Assembly (NCBI GenBank): GCA_044892525.1
Contig: CM097885.1
Coordinates: 26,786,001-26,850,000 of the forward strand
Origin: Schmidtea polychroa
Lineage: Eukaryota
Reading direction: 5' to 3'
DNA: 64,000 nucleotides
The position numbers were made by a program, and so were the translations under genes. Positions 13,240 through 24,191 of this stretch are shown piece after piece. The notes under the pieces are model-generated. The model did not search any database. It had not been told where the DNA came from and was given only the letters and a program-made list of their open reading frames with translations. Numbering within the stretch: position 1 is the stretch's first letter; each line of letters starts with the position of its first letter.

Positions 13240-14180
13240 TAATAATGTTAATAATAAGATATATAGCTCATATGAAAGGTTTTGAATCGGGCTTTAAAAT
13301 GAGCTATCGTTTACTATATTTCGTTGGCGGGAACTCTGTTAATTTAAATTTTAAAATATGACCTTGAAAAAAAATTTGACCTTGAGAAAACAAATGACCT
13401 TGAAAATGGTCTTGGGAAAATGTTAATAACTTTGTCGATATTAAAGATGGTGATGACCACTATAGCTCATTCGAAAGGTCTTGCACTAGGCTTTAAAATA
13501 AGCTATCGAACGATGAAATAAAATGATGAGAACGATAACTTTTGGCAGGCCAAATAGTAGGTCACCGCTAGAACAAAGACTTTAGGAATAATAATGTTAT
13601 TAATAAGATATATGGCTCACACGAAAGGTCTTGAATTGGGCTTTAAAATGAGCTATCGTTGAATAATTTTCGTTGGCGGGAACTCTGTAAATTTAAATTT
13701 TAAAATTTGACCTTGAAAAAATAATATTTTTAAAAATAATAAAATAGTCAAATGACCTTGAAAATGGTCTTGGGAAAATGTTAATAACTTTGTCGATATT
13801 AAAGATGGTGATGACCACTATAGCTCATTCGAAAGGTCTTGCACTAGGCTTTAAAATAAGCTATCGGCGATGAAATAAAATGATGAGAACGATAACTTTT
13901 GGCAGGCCAAATAGTAGGTCACCGCTGAAACAAAGACATTATTTTTTAAAAAAATAATATTTTTAAAAAATAATAATATGACCTTGAATGAGTCATACGA
14001 CCTTGAAGAGTCACTGGATGAGTCATGGTCTTTCTTTCAATGACCTTGATGGGTCATATGTCTTTGTTTAAAATTTGACCTTGAAAATTTTTTTTTAATT
14101 TTTTGGACCGGTGGGGGGGGGGGGTAAAAATGTCTTTGTTCCAGCGGTGACCTGTTCTAGCGGTGACCAATCCATCTACT
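13240..14180. repeat. Right terminal repeat region of element B
   Basis: Two ~350-bp direct units (~13243 and ~13591), multiple TGACCTTGA and ATGAGTCAT motifs, G-run ~14114-14124. Confidence 0.8.
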
Positions 14181-15109
14181 AACGTAAATTTAATATATGT
14201 TATGACAGGTTAATTTAAGTTAGTTATATGCGAATTCGAGGGGGGGATTATTTATAAAAATTTCTAATTTATACTTTTAGAAGTAGTAGGAATTTGTAGT
14301 TCATAGTTTATAGTTTATATTTTATAAGTTGATAATTTATATTTTAGGAATTCATAGTTTATAATTTATAGTTTATATTTTTATAAGTTGACAATTTATA
14401 GTTTAGAAACGAAATTTATTTCTGCTTCATACATTTATAACTAATTATAATTTAGATTTTAATAAAATAAAGTTTATAGTTTATAATTCACACTTTTATG
14501 AAATGAAATTTATAATTTGTACTTTATATTTTATAACTAATTATAAATTATATTTTTATAAAATCAAGATTATAATTGGTACTCTACAGCGGATGTTCGT
14601 TTATATTATGTATTTTTAGGAGATCAGCTTTATAATTCGTACCTTTGTATCTACAAAAGTTAGTAATTTTTCGAAGCGAAGAGTAAAACTTATACCTTTA
14701 TACCCATGAAGGATTATACATTATAAGTTCGTGACTAGTTCAGACCTATAATTTCTGCTTTAGATTTATAATCAGTTTATAGTTTATATCTTATTGTATA
14801 TTATAAATTTATAATTTATGTTTTGCTAGTTTAAAATTGACGCATATATAGTTAGTTTATAATTTATACTTTAGATTTATAATTTATGTTTTATAGTCAA
14901 CATAAATTTGGAATTCATAGGTAACTATTCTAGCTTTATACTTTATAAGTTCTAATTTACAGTCTTACATTCAACACAAAAAGTAAAAATAAGAGTTTGC
15001 ATAAATTGTAATCGAATACATATTATCATTAAACATAAGGACATTATACAATAAAAAAAGCTTACTATCGAGTGCTATATCTTCAAATAAATAGGTTAAA
15101 AAAAAGTGA

Positions 15110-15798
15110 AATTTGGCATAGAGTTATATTTGTGACTAAAATGTGGCGGTATATATACCTATTTTTGTGTGTGCAAATACGTATGTGTGCGTTGATGCAG
15201 TAAAACAAACTCGAATTCTTGTTAATTCTAGAATATTCTATTTTACCTTTTTAAGGATTTTAATGGCAATTTAAGTGCCATAATTTTTATTTTTTGTTAA
15301 ATTTGCCTCCAAGATGGATTTGGGCATTTCCAGAACATTCCATATTAAATTAAAGTTAATTTTTATTTTAATGTTGTTTTTTCTGAATTCTATTTCTGGA
15401 TTTTTATTTTTACAATTAATTTATTTATTTTCATTAACTTTAGTTGATTTTCATGGTTTGCATGATGGATTTCGCCATTTTTATGAATTGTTCTGGAATT
15501 TTATCTAGAATTTAGCATTTCTACTATCTTTCGACTTTATTCAAGTCTGTTTTTTTGCATTTTTATGTTTCTTTGTTATGTTTGAGTCAATTTTCTTCTA
15601 ATATATCTTGCATTTGTTAGATTTTTTTTTAATTTCCATGTTTTTATTTTTTGTTAGTTTCTCCTAACTATTATTGTTTATTTGGTGCTTTATGTTTGCT
15701 ATTTAACTAAACTTATTGCTAGGTGTGCATGTTGTGTACCACCACATTTTGTCACATTTACGAGTTTTGTGGGTCTAGATATCAGTTCTAGCCCAACA
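15110..15798 (-). repeat. LTR-like dispersed repeat beginning TGTTGGGCTAGAAC
   Basis: Reverse complement aligns with 48350-49060 and 5990-6510; TG start. Confidence 0.75.
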
Positions 15799-16809
15799 TG
15801 ATGCTTATAGCTTAAACCGTAACAGGAAAAAAGTCCATTTTAAATTTTATATTAATTTTCTCGACGAATTTCAAAGATTTATAGCTCATTCGATTCACAA
15901 CAACCCACTCTACAGATGAATTTTATAAATGAACCATAAATTATAAATCGTAATTTTGAATCCTAAATTCATATTTAAAAATTTACGAGCTACAAAGTTA
16001 AATATTAAAAACAATAAAAAATTATTACACCTTTTTGATTTTGATTAAAGTTTTATACAGTTTGTTGGTAAGAATTGCATAAAATAGAATAGTAATAATT
16101 CTACAAATTATTGTCCAGATTTTATATTATTTATGTGGATTTTAATGGCAAAATTATTTCAAAAAATGTAAGTTATTTTTAATTTTGAAATTTATTAAAT
16201 AATTATAAATAATGAATTTTAGCAATAATTTTAACAAACATTATCTTAAAAATTGGCATATCTTTCTTAGATAGTGTATTTTATCGATTGTTTGCATGTT
16301 TGATTTATTATAGAAATTTTTTTCTTTGTGATTTTTAAAAAAGGGGAGATTTAAACAAGTAATTGATTTTATATTTAAATCTGTCATAATTTTTAATAAA
16401 ATTTTCCTTAAATTTACTGAATTCAAATTCTATTTGAGAAAAATTTTTTTCGAGGTTTATTTTATTCTTTTCATTTATAATATTAAAATTTTCATCATAA
16501 ATATATTCTTTTTCAATATTTAAATTATTAAACTTTATAATTATTATTAGATTTAGAATTATTATAATTTTCACCATATTTGAAAGTCGTCTTCATTAAT
16601 GTCTTCATATTATTCATTAATCGATCTTTATAGGAAGCTTTTTCAAAAGGTCTGTTTCTATTAGAGAGATGGTAGTTTTCAGTATAGTTTTTATGGTCTT
16701 CAGTACGTGGATAAAGAAAATGATTTTCAGAGTTCAAGGTATTTTTGACTTGGGTTTAGGTTATGCATATGAGATTCAGTTAGGTTGGATTTATTTTTAT
16801 TTATTTCTA

Positions 16810-17493
16810 AGTATATGGTTTGGGCACCGGGAAAACAGGACTCCGCGAGCACAGTACCCCCCCCCCCGGCAGGAACAATTTAAAAAAAAATTTTTTTTTT
16901 CAAGGTCAACTTGAGAACAAATACAATGAGTCATCCGATGACTCATCACTCGTCTAGAACAAAGACAATGACTCATCCGATGACTCATAATAAATTATTA
17001 TTATTTTTCAAAAATATTATTAACTGTGCTCGCGGAGTCCTACTTTTCGTGACCCCAAAACATAGTCTGAAACTTAATATATTTTAAAAATTTATAGTTC
17101 ATTTTGAAGCCCAGACGGAGATCTATCTTTTGAACCATAAAAATAATTTTTATCATTAATAATAAAAAAGTTATTAAGGTTTTGGTCAGAGTCATTTTAG
17201 TCATTTTAAGGTAAATTATTATTATTTTTCAAAAATATTATTAACTGTGCTCGCGGAGTCCTACTTTTCGTCAGCCCAAAACTTAGTCTAAATCTCAAAT
17301 TATTTTAACAATTTATAGTTCGTTTTGAAGCCCAGACGGAGATCTATCTTTTGAGCCATAGAAATAATTTTTATCATTAGTAGTATAAAAGTTATTAATT
17401 TTTTAGTCAGACACTAATTTATAGCAAATTTATAGCAAATTTTATGAAGAAATTTGCGGGTGATTTATCATTCACCCAATCAGGTAAGACTTA
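16810..17493. repeat. Left TIR of element C
   Basis: Reverse complement of ~31377-32490; carries two subterminal units with ACTGTGCTCGCGGAGTCCTACTTTTCGT. Confidence 0.92.
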
Positions 17494-17494
17494 A

Positions 17495-17599
<105 letters not shown>

Positions 17600-17740
17600 G
17601 GGTATTGCTCGCAAGGGTACTGCCCCGAGTTTATCCGACAAAATATTTTCTCCCCCTATGGGTAATGCTTAAAAGGGTATTGCTCACGCTCAACAACTCA
17701 CAAGGGTATTATTAAACAAATCAACAAAACATACATTTAT

Positions 17741-18241
17741 TTAAACAAAAAAATAATGTAAAATTAACAAAGGTAAACCTAATATTGATGTACTACTATT
17801 CGCAGCATTATTGTTTGAAATTGGTAACGTTGAATTGATTTTCAGATATTCTATTGATCCTTTGATTGTTTGAATTTCTCTTAATAATAATTCAATCTTT
17901 TCTAACAAATAATCATGCTTCTTATCAATAATTTTCATATTCTTCTTATTTTCAACAATAGAGTTATTGAAAACTTCAATATGATCAATCAATTTAATTT
18001 TTATATTTTGTATATATGCAAATGATAGTTCATAACTGTTTTCTAAATTCTCCAATCTTTGAGATATTCTTTTTCCTGGATGCTTTGACCATTTTGGTTT
18101 ATCGAGGATATATAAAATATCCATCAACTTGGCTGTATTCGGACAAACACATATTGATTTATTAAAAGACTCCACTGTTATTGTTGTATTGTGTGAGCAC
18201 ACACTCGTTATAATAATTAGCAATATGAATATAGTTTTCAT
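17741..18241 (-). CDS. Predicted secreted/GPI-anchored coiled-coil glycoprotein (166 aa)
   Basis: N-terminal hydrophobic signal MKTIFILLIIITSVCS, CxC, heptad-like middle, five N-x-S/T sequons, small-residue spacer then hydrophobic C-terminus ILGLPLLILHYFFV. Confidence 0.75.
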   Translation of the reverse strand: MKTIFILLIIITSVCSHNTTITVESFNKSICVCPNTAKLMDILYILDKPKWSKHPGKRISQRLENLENSYELSFAYIQNIKIKLIDHIEVFNNSIVENKKNMKIIDKKHDYLLEKIELLLREIQTIKGSIEYLKINSTLPISNNNAANSSTSILGLPLLILHYFFV

Positions 18242-18346
18242 GGTGTATCAAATCAAAACCTTTCTTTTACATTTATAGTCTATCAACCAATCAAAATCAT
18301 ACGGTATTAGTATAAATAAAACATCATATTTTAAATTATTGTAGAA

Positions 18347-18861
18347 ATGTCTCATTTTATGGAAAATCTTTTAAGCGAACTTATCAACAAGAAGATTATG
18401 GAAAGCCTCAGTTTCCTGGTCGATCGGACCGAAAAGATTATAGAAGGAAATCATATTGATTATGAAGATATGCTCAATTGCGATTGCCTCGAAACGAAAA
18501 AATTCTATTTTCATAGGATTTTTAACTGTCTATGCGATGATGAGATGAAGTGGACCCGAATACTAGTAGGGTTCGCTTATATGAAGATCATAATCGAAAG
18601 AAGTTTATGGGACTCTGAACATTATTATCAGTGGTCTCAAGAAGTAATACTTTTATAATCTATATTTTATTAATATATATTTTCTAGATAATCAAGTCAA
18701 AGTTTCAACCATGGATTGAAGCCAATGGAGGATGGGGCGTACTGAATCAACTCGCCAGAAATGCGAAGGAAATAGATGAACAGAAAATGAAATTTAAAAA
18801 CTATATAAAACTTGCAACAGGTGTTGCTATTTTGTATGCATTATCGAGATTTTTTAAATAA
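18347..18861 (+). CDS. Bcl-2 family protein, two exons (18347-18643, 18688-18861), 156 aa
   Basis: BH1-like DDEMKWTRILVGFAY; after a 44-nt phase-0 GT-AG intron, BH2 PWIEANGGW and tail anchor LATGVAILYALSRFFK*. Confidence 0.88.
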
Positions 18862-18938
18862 AAATTAATATAGTTATTTTGTTTCGTTTTTAAATAAAAT
18901 TTTAAATAAATTTACAAACACTAACTAACTAAGATTTA

Positions 18939-19250
18939 TTAATTAACACATTCGCAGTCGTCATCTCCGCATTTCATTATATTTTCAACGACATGATCAA
19001 TACAATCATTCGTAATATTATCTTTAGATTCATCTTTAGGTTCCTCTATAGGTTCATCTATAGGTTCATATATTTCCTCATCAATTTCTTGAGTATCAGT
19101 TTCTTGAGTTTCTTCTTCCTGATCATCAAATCCTGAATCTTGACTCTCAACTACCCAGCCGATATTTAATGCATTTGTAACAGATAATATGTCCTCAATT
19201 TTCACACCAGCTATTTCTGCTAACTTTTCCAACAAAAAGTTGATTACAAA
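18939..19250 (-). CDS. Acidic Polinton accessory protein, last exon (start exon uncertain)
   Basis: Open frame after a TTTAG acceptor at ~19253; D/E-rich centre; C-terminal CGDDDCEC. Confidence 0.5.
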   Translation of the reverse strand, partial: FVINFLLEKLAEIAGVKIEDILSVTNALNIGWVVESQDSGFDDQEEETQETDTQEIDEEIYEPIDEPIEEPKDESKDNITNDCIDHVVENIMKCGDDDCECVN

Positions 19251-19442
19251 TTCTAAATAATAAATAATTCGGTAATTAATTAATCATGTTATTCTTTTTC
19301 GGCAGTCATTTTCATCACTTTAAAACTATATTATAAGTTTGTTTATAGATTTTCTTTGTTAAATTTGCATGTCATTTGCATTTATGTTGCAATTAATAAA
19401 GAGAAAAAACAAATCTGACTAATACATTTATTAAATATAACA

Positions 19443-19853
19443 TTAAAATATTTGTGAAAGTCTAGCAGACATAATTTTCCAAATAGGAGAATATACATCA
19501 TTATTATCAACTTTATATCCCTGGATTGCAATTGTTATATACCAATTTTCATTTTCTTTGAAACTGATTTCATCAAAAGCATCATAAAATCTTGCATATC
19601 TATTGTTGAACCATGCATGTTGATTACACGATAGATTCGAATCTATCCGTTTAAAAACATCATCAATAGTTTTGACATCAATCATTGAAAGCGTGCCGGA
19701 TAAGAATTGAAATTTAGTTGGAATTATCTTGACTGGTGCAACCAATTTCATATTGATTTCTTCTTTCAAAAAATACATTTTGTAGTTGTGGAACATTTGA
19801 ACTGGTTGTACCATTTCTTTAGGTTTTTCGGTGCTTGAAATTTTCTTTGTCAT
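19443..19853 (-). CDS. Conserved Polinton accessory protein (136 aa), possibly OB-fold ssDNA-binding
   Basis: Intact ORF with upstream TATA and CCAAT; homolog at 8-151; the SSB guess rests only on the C-terminal I-x-G...W-K pattern. Confidence 0.7.
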   Translation of the reverse strand: MTKKISSTEKPKEMVQPVQMFHNYKMYFLKEEINMKLVAPVKIIPTKFQFLSGTLSMIDVKTIDDVFKRIDSNLSCNQHAWFNNRYARFYDAFDEISFKENENWYITIAIQGYKVDNNDVYSPIWKIMSARLSQIF

Positions 19854-20053
19854 CGTGAATAATGAATAAATTTAAATGTTACAGGGTTTTTATACCTTTG
19901 ACTCATGCCTATCAACCAATCAGATTATAGGATGTCTTTGTTTAAATTGCATTCAAAATGCATTGATGTTGCATTGTCACATGTTTTGTTATATGTTCTA
20001 TTTACAGATTTATTATTAATGTGTTTCATTATTATTAATGTTTTTACTATTAT

Positions 20054-20086
<33 letters not shown>

Positions 20087-20171
20087 TATTAATATTATTA
20101 CTATTATCAAATATATAAAATATTAAAAACTAAATAACGAAAACTAAATAACATTTATTTGTTAAAAACAT

Positions 20172-20429
20172 TCAAAATGCATTCTTGATATGGTGGAAAT
20201 CCCGAAGAGTTTTAACCAAAACCCATTCTACATATCGCTGATATCTAGCTTTGCAGAAGGAACATCTATTGTAACATAAATATTCTGGATCCATATGTTT
20301 AATTGTTCGATTTATCTTCACATCCCACATAAATTGATGGAAAATCTCGACCATCCTTATCCCCGTCGCATTGAACACCAAATCGGGGATTAATTCTAAC
20401 ATTAATGCTAACATTATTAAATCATTTAT
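20172..20429 (-). CDS. Small hypothetical protein with C-x3-C-x2-C motif
   Basis: Intact ATG-initiated frame divergent from the ATPase; YLCYNRCSFCKARY. Confidence 0.5.
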   Translation of the reverse strand: MNDLIMLALMLELIPDLVFNATGIRMVEIFHQFMWDVKINRTIKHMDPEYLCYNRCSFCKARYQRYVEWVLVKTLRDFHHIKNAF

Positions 20430-20521
20430 GAAAATTTGTCTTTATATACAAATTGAGCACGAGTTCATTAAATCATTGAATATAAACAAATACATATATA
20501 TATATTTATAAAATTTTTGAA

Positions 20522-21148
20522 ATGGAATTAAGAAATGATGCAGTATACCAAATCGTTGGTCCGAGTGGTAGTGGAAAAACATTATTTGTTTGTAAATTAC
20601 TAAAATCAAATTTATTCAAATCAAAATTCAACAGGATTTATTTGCATAGGGGTGCTGATGAACAACATGGATTAACTCAATCAAGTTTCTGTAAATTAAA
20701 AAACATGAAAATAGTAAAGGGATTCGATAAAAACTGGTCCAGCCGATTAAAGAAAGGTGATGTCATTAATATCGATGATCTGTATCAAGAAGCTAATAAA
20801 GAAAAAGATTTTAATAATTTATTTACAAAGATCAGCAGACATATCGGTGTAACAGTTATTTTCATAACACAAAATCTATTTCATCAAGGCGGCGCACATC
20901 GAACACGTAATTTAAATGTACAATATTTAGTTATTTTCAAGAATCCTAGAGATGCAACAGTGATTGATTTTCTTGCACGTCAAGCATACCCTAACAATCG
21001 TAATTTTCTTATCAGTGCATTTCAAGATGCTACAAAAATACCTCATGGATATATATTTCTTGATTTCACGCAACAATGTCCCGATGATTTACGAGTAAAA
21101 ACCGATATTTTCAACCCAAAAGGTGCCATGGTTTATAAACAAAGTTGA
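20522..21148 (+). CDS. A32/FtsK-like genome-packaging ATPase
   Basis: Walker A GPSGSGKT, Walker B VINIDD, SRH...FITQNLF, FKNPRD motifs typical of Polinton ATPases. Confidence 0.93.
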   Translation: MELRNDAVYQIVGPSGSGKTLFVCKLLKSNLFKSKFNRIYLHRGADEQHGLTQSSFCKLKNMKIVKGFDKNWSSRLKKGDVINIDDLYQEANKEKDFNNLFTKISRHIGVTVIFITQNLFHQGGAHRTRNLNVQYLVIFKNPRDATVIDFLARQAYPNNRNFLISAFQDATKIPHGYIFLDFTQQCPDDLRVKTDIFNPKGAMVYKQS

Positions 21149-21166
21149 AAAAATCTATGAATAATA

Positions 21167-21694
21167 ATGTTTCTAAAAGCAAGGGTGAAAAATATTAGGA
21201 AATTAAGAAAAAGTATTAGAAAGAGTACTAAAGTTCCAAAAGTTCCACCAACAACTAGTTATACACCATCTAAAAAACTTGTAACTGAAAATTTCTCTGC
21301 AATGAATCTTATTTCGAAAAATCCTAAACCTAAACGTAAAACCCGTAAAACCAGTAAAACCAGTAAAAAAGTAGTTAAAAATCATCGCAGTTTTCCATTT
21401 TTTAATGCATTGTTAAAGGCCCCGAGTATGAAAAGAATGAATATATTGCAATCATTCCCAAATTTCGTTGTCGATGATTTACTCAATATTATACTTAAAG
21501 TAGTCAAAGGCAAAATTAAAATCAGTAAATCAAAAAAGCATTTATTGAGCAAACATAGGAAACCATTGTTATCTTTAGTAAATAATAAAAATCGTAAGCA
21601 AATGAGGAAAATTATATATAAACAACAAGGTGGATTTATTGGTGCATTGATACCTCTGGCATTATCATTATTAGGTGGAGTTACACAGTCATAA
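21167..21694 (+). CDS. Basic virion core-like protein with GG cleavage motif and amphipathic tail
   Basis: K/R-rich; ends KQQGGFIGALIPLALSLLGG, a pattern typical of Polinton core proteins processed by adenain-type proteases. Confidence 0.75.
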   Translation: MFLKARVKNIRKLRKSIRKSTKVPKVPPTTSYTPSKKLVTENFSAMNLISKNPKPKRKTRKTSKTSKKVVKNHRSFPFFNALLKAPSMKRMNILQSFPNFVVDDLLNIILKVVKGKIKISKSKKHLLSKHRKPLLSLVNNKNRKQMRKIIYKQQGGFIGALIPLALSLLGGVTQS

Positions 21695-21697
21695 ACA

Positions 21698-21925
21698 ATG
21701 GGTGCTAATCCTTCATTGCCCGACATTAAATTTAATTTTAAATCTTCTTGTTGTAATGGAGAAGATTTGGACGAACCCAGAAGACGAAGCCGGTTTCGGT
21801 GGAGTGGCAATATTAAAGAAAAGAGTTCCGAATTCGAAAAAAGAAACCCAGAAGTGGTTATCAGATCAGCTTGCGTACAGTTTGAACAAACCAATGCGGA
21901 AAAGATTTCCAACAAGAGCGTATAA
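21698..21925 (+). CDS. Candidate overprinted myristoylated small protein (75 aa)
   Basis: AAACAATGG start just after the previous stop; MGANPS fits MGxxxS; CC at residues 18-19; overlaps the integrase start in another frame. Confidence 0.45.
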   Translation: MGANPSLPDIKFNFKSSCCNGEDLDEPRRRSRFRWSGNIKEKSSEFEKRNPEVVIRSACVQFEQTNAEKISNKSV

Positions 21926-22143
21926 AACATTTGGTATTGACGATTTATGGCAAATGGATTTGATGGAGATGATACCTTATTCGAAAATTAACAATGGGAA
22001 TAAATATATTTTAACATGTATTAATGTATACAGCAGGTTTGCACGAGCAATACCAGTCAAGGCAAAATCCGCAGAAGAAATGTCCAAGGCAATTAATATT
22101 TTATTTAAAGATGGACATCCTAATAACTTGCAAACAGATTTAG

Positions 22144-22175
<32 letters not shown>

Positions 22176-22815
22176 ATTATTATTTTAGGTAAAGAATTCT
22201 ACAATAGCAAAGTTAAGCAAATCCTCGATAAACTGAAAATAAATCACTACTCGGTACATTCTCAATACAAAGCTGCCCATGTTGAAAGATTTAATCGAAC
22301 ATTGAGATAGATTAAAGAAATTGTTCGTGCATCAAGGTAATAAAAAATGGGTAAATGCTTTACCGAAAATAATAACAAGTTATAATCATTCATCACATCG
22401 AGGACTGAATGGATTGAGACCGGTTGATATTACATCAAAAACATCATTGACTTCTAAGAAATCTGTAAAAATTGCAAAACCTAAATATAAAGTCGGTGAC
22501 CATGTTAGAATTAGTAAAATTAGTGCATCACCATTTATTAAAAATTTTGATACAAATTGGAGTGATGAAGTTTTTGTAATTTCAAAAATAAATACTAAAC
22601 AGAATCCTGTAATGTATGTCATCAAAGACAATGATAATAATATTGTACAAGGGAAATTTTATGAGCAGGAATTACAAGTCATTCCTTCCCCAAAAGTATT
22701 TAGAATTCAAAAATTATTGAAAACTAAAAAGGTCGGTAAGGATAAACAATACTATGTCAAATGGTATGGTTATCAAAACCCGTCATGGATATCAGCAAAA
22801 GACCTAGTAAAGTGA
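21756..22815 (+). pseudogene. Retroviral-like (rve) integrase with C-terminal chromodomain; one intron (22144-22188), frameshift ~22306
   Basis: WQMDL, LQTDLG|KEF after splicing, AHVERFNRTL; chromodomain YYVKWYGY...SWI; apparent 2-nt loss at TTGAGATAG. Confidence 0.92.
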
Positions 22816-23811
22816 ATTTTTATACTATTTTACCAAGCAACAGTTGCCCATTAATTCATCCAGACAATCAAGCCAGTAAATTTATGGTCAATCTCCAGAA
22901 TCCGATTTCTTTAAATGGTGACTGGGAAGTTGCACTGCAAGATTTTACATTCGTGTACAACACATTCCCATTTTATAGTCAATGTAAGATTGATTTCAGA
23001 AGAAATATTGTGAAAACATATAGCGGTATCTTTGTTATCAGTAATTATGATAAAACATCATATTCCGAATCAAATATTAGATTCGCATTGCTATATGTTT
23101 TAAAAGGATGGATTAAATATTAGTTGTGATTTTAAACCATTTACAATAACATTCGAAACTATTGAAGATGCCAAACGAATGGGTTGCAATAAGTTGAAAA
23201 ATATTGTTACGGAGACCGAGTATTTATTACGTTTTAATCTATTTGAAGCAAACAGTGTAATGAAAGAAGAAATAAAAATATCTGTATCGTATAATGATGA
23301 AGTTGAAGAATCATTTACCTTTGCTGATGAATTATATTTTGATAAACTTGATGATTTACTTAAATATTTAAAGTTCAATTGTTCACACATATTTAAAAAT
23401 TTGGAAATTGTGAAAGATTTGATGTTTACCTTCAGTTTGAATGAGGATATTTGCGAAGTTACATTTGATAAAAATTTGGCAAATTCACTTGGATTAGATA
23501 GGCAAAAATATCGAGAAAAATCGACTGGTATACGCAAACCAAGAATACTAGAACATCATCAACAAATGTTCATATATACTAGCATTATCGAACCCATAAT
23601 TGTTGGTGATTCCAGTGTTCCTCTTTTGAAATCGGTATGGATTGGAAAATATGAACTTGATGAAGTTGTCAATATAAATATCGATAATCCCATGTATTTA
23701 CCAATAGCAAGTTCATGTATAAACAATATAGAAATAAATATTCGTGATGATAGTGGAAAACTTATAAACTTTCCAAAAGGTTCAAACTCATTTGACATTA
23801 CATTTTCGTAA
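22812..23811 (+). pseudogene. Minor capsid (penton-like) protein, frameshifted
   Basis: FYTILPSNS...DNQASKF...LNGDWEVAL N-terminus and IYTSIIEP.IVGD..VPLL...YLP...IEINIRDDSG C-terminus; frame break ~23080-23125. Confidence 0.85.
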
Positions 23812-23816
23812 AATAA

Positions 23817-24191
23817 ATGGCTAATTCTGATATTATTAGTATGTATAGTGGTAGCCAATCTGGCGGTGAATTACCATATTTTATTGGTAAACAGTACGGA
23901 TCAGGATGGTTGAGAACTATTGGTAGATTTGCCCTGCCTATTCTTAAACGTATTGGTAGTTTTGGTATGAAAACTGCAAAAGATGTTATTATGAATGAAC
24001 AGAAAATATTACCATCTCTAAAAACAAATGCTTTAGCAGAATTAGGGAAAGTTTTACCAGGGGTTGCAGGTATGTTTCAAAAACCTCCAGCTCCAGCTCC
24101 AGCTCCAGCTCCAGCTCCAAAACGTAAAAGACATGGAATATCACGTATAAACAAACGAATGAAAGGACATGGAACTATATTTGCAAAATGA
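23817..24191 (+). CDS. Conserved Polinton core/membrane-active-like protein
   Basis: QSGGELPYF.G.QYGSGW...RFALPILKR motif, lying between minor and major capsid genes. Confidence 0.75.
   Translation: MANSDIISMYSGSQSGGELPYFIGKQYGSGWLRTIGRFALPILKRIGSFGMKTAKDVIMNEQKILPSLKTNALAELGKVLPGVAGMFQKPPAPAPAPAPAPKRKRHGISRINKRMKGHGTIFAK

Noticed and set aside
21382..21930. 182-aa minus-strand ORF
   Set aside because: Antisense to the core protein and integrase, with no independent features.
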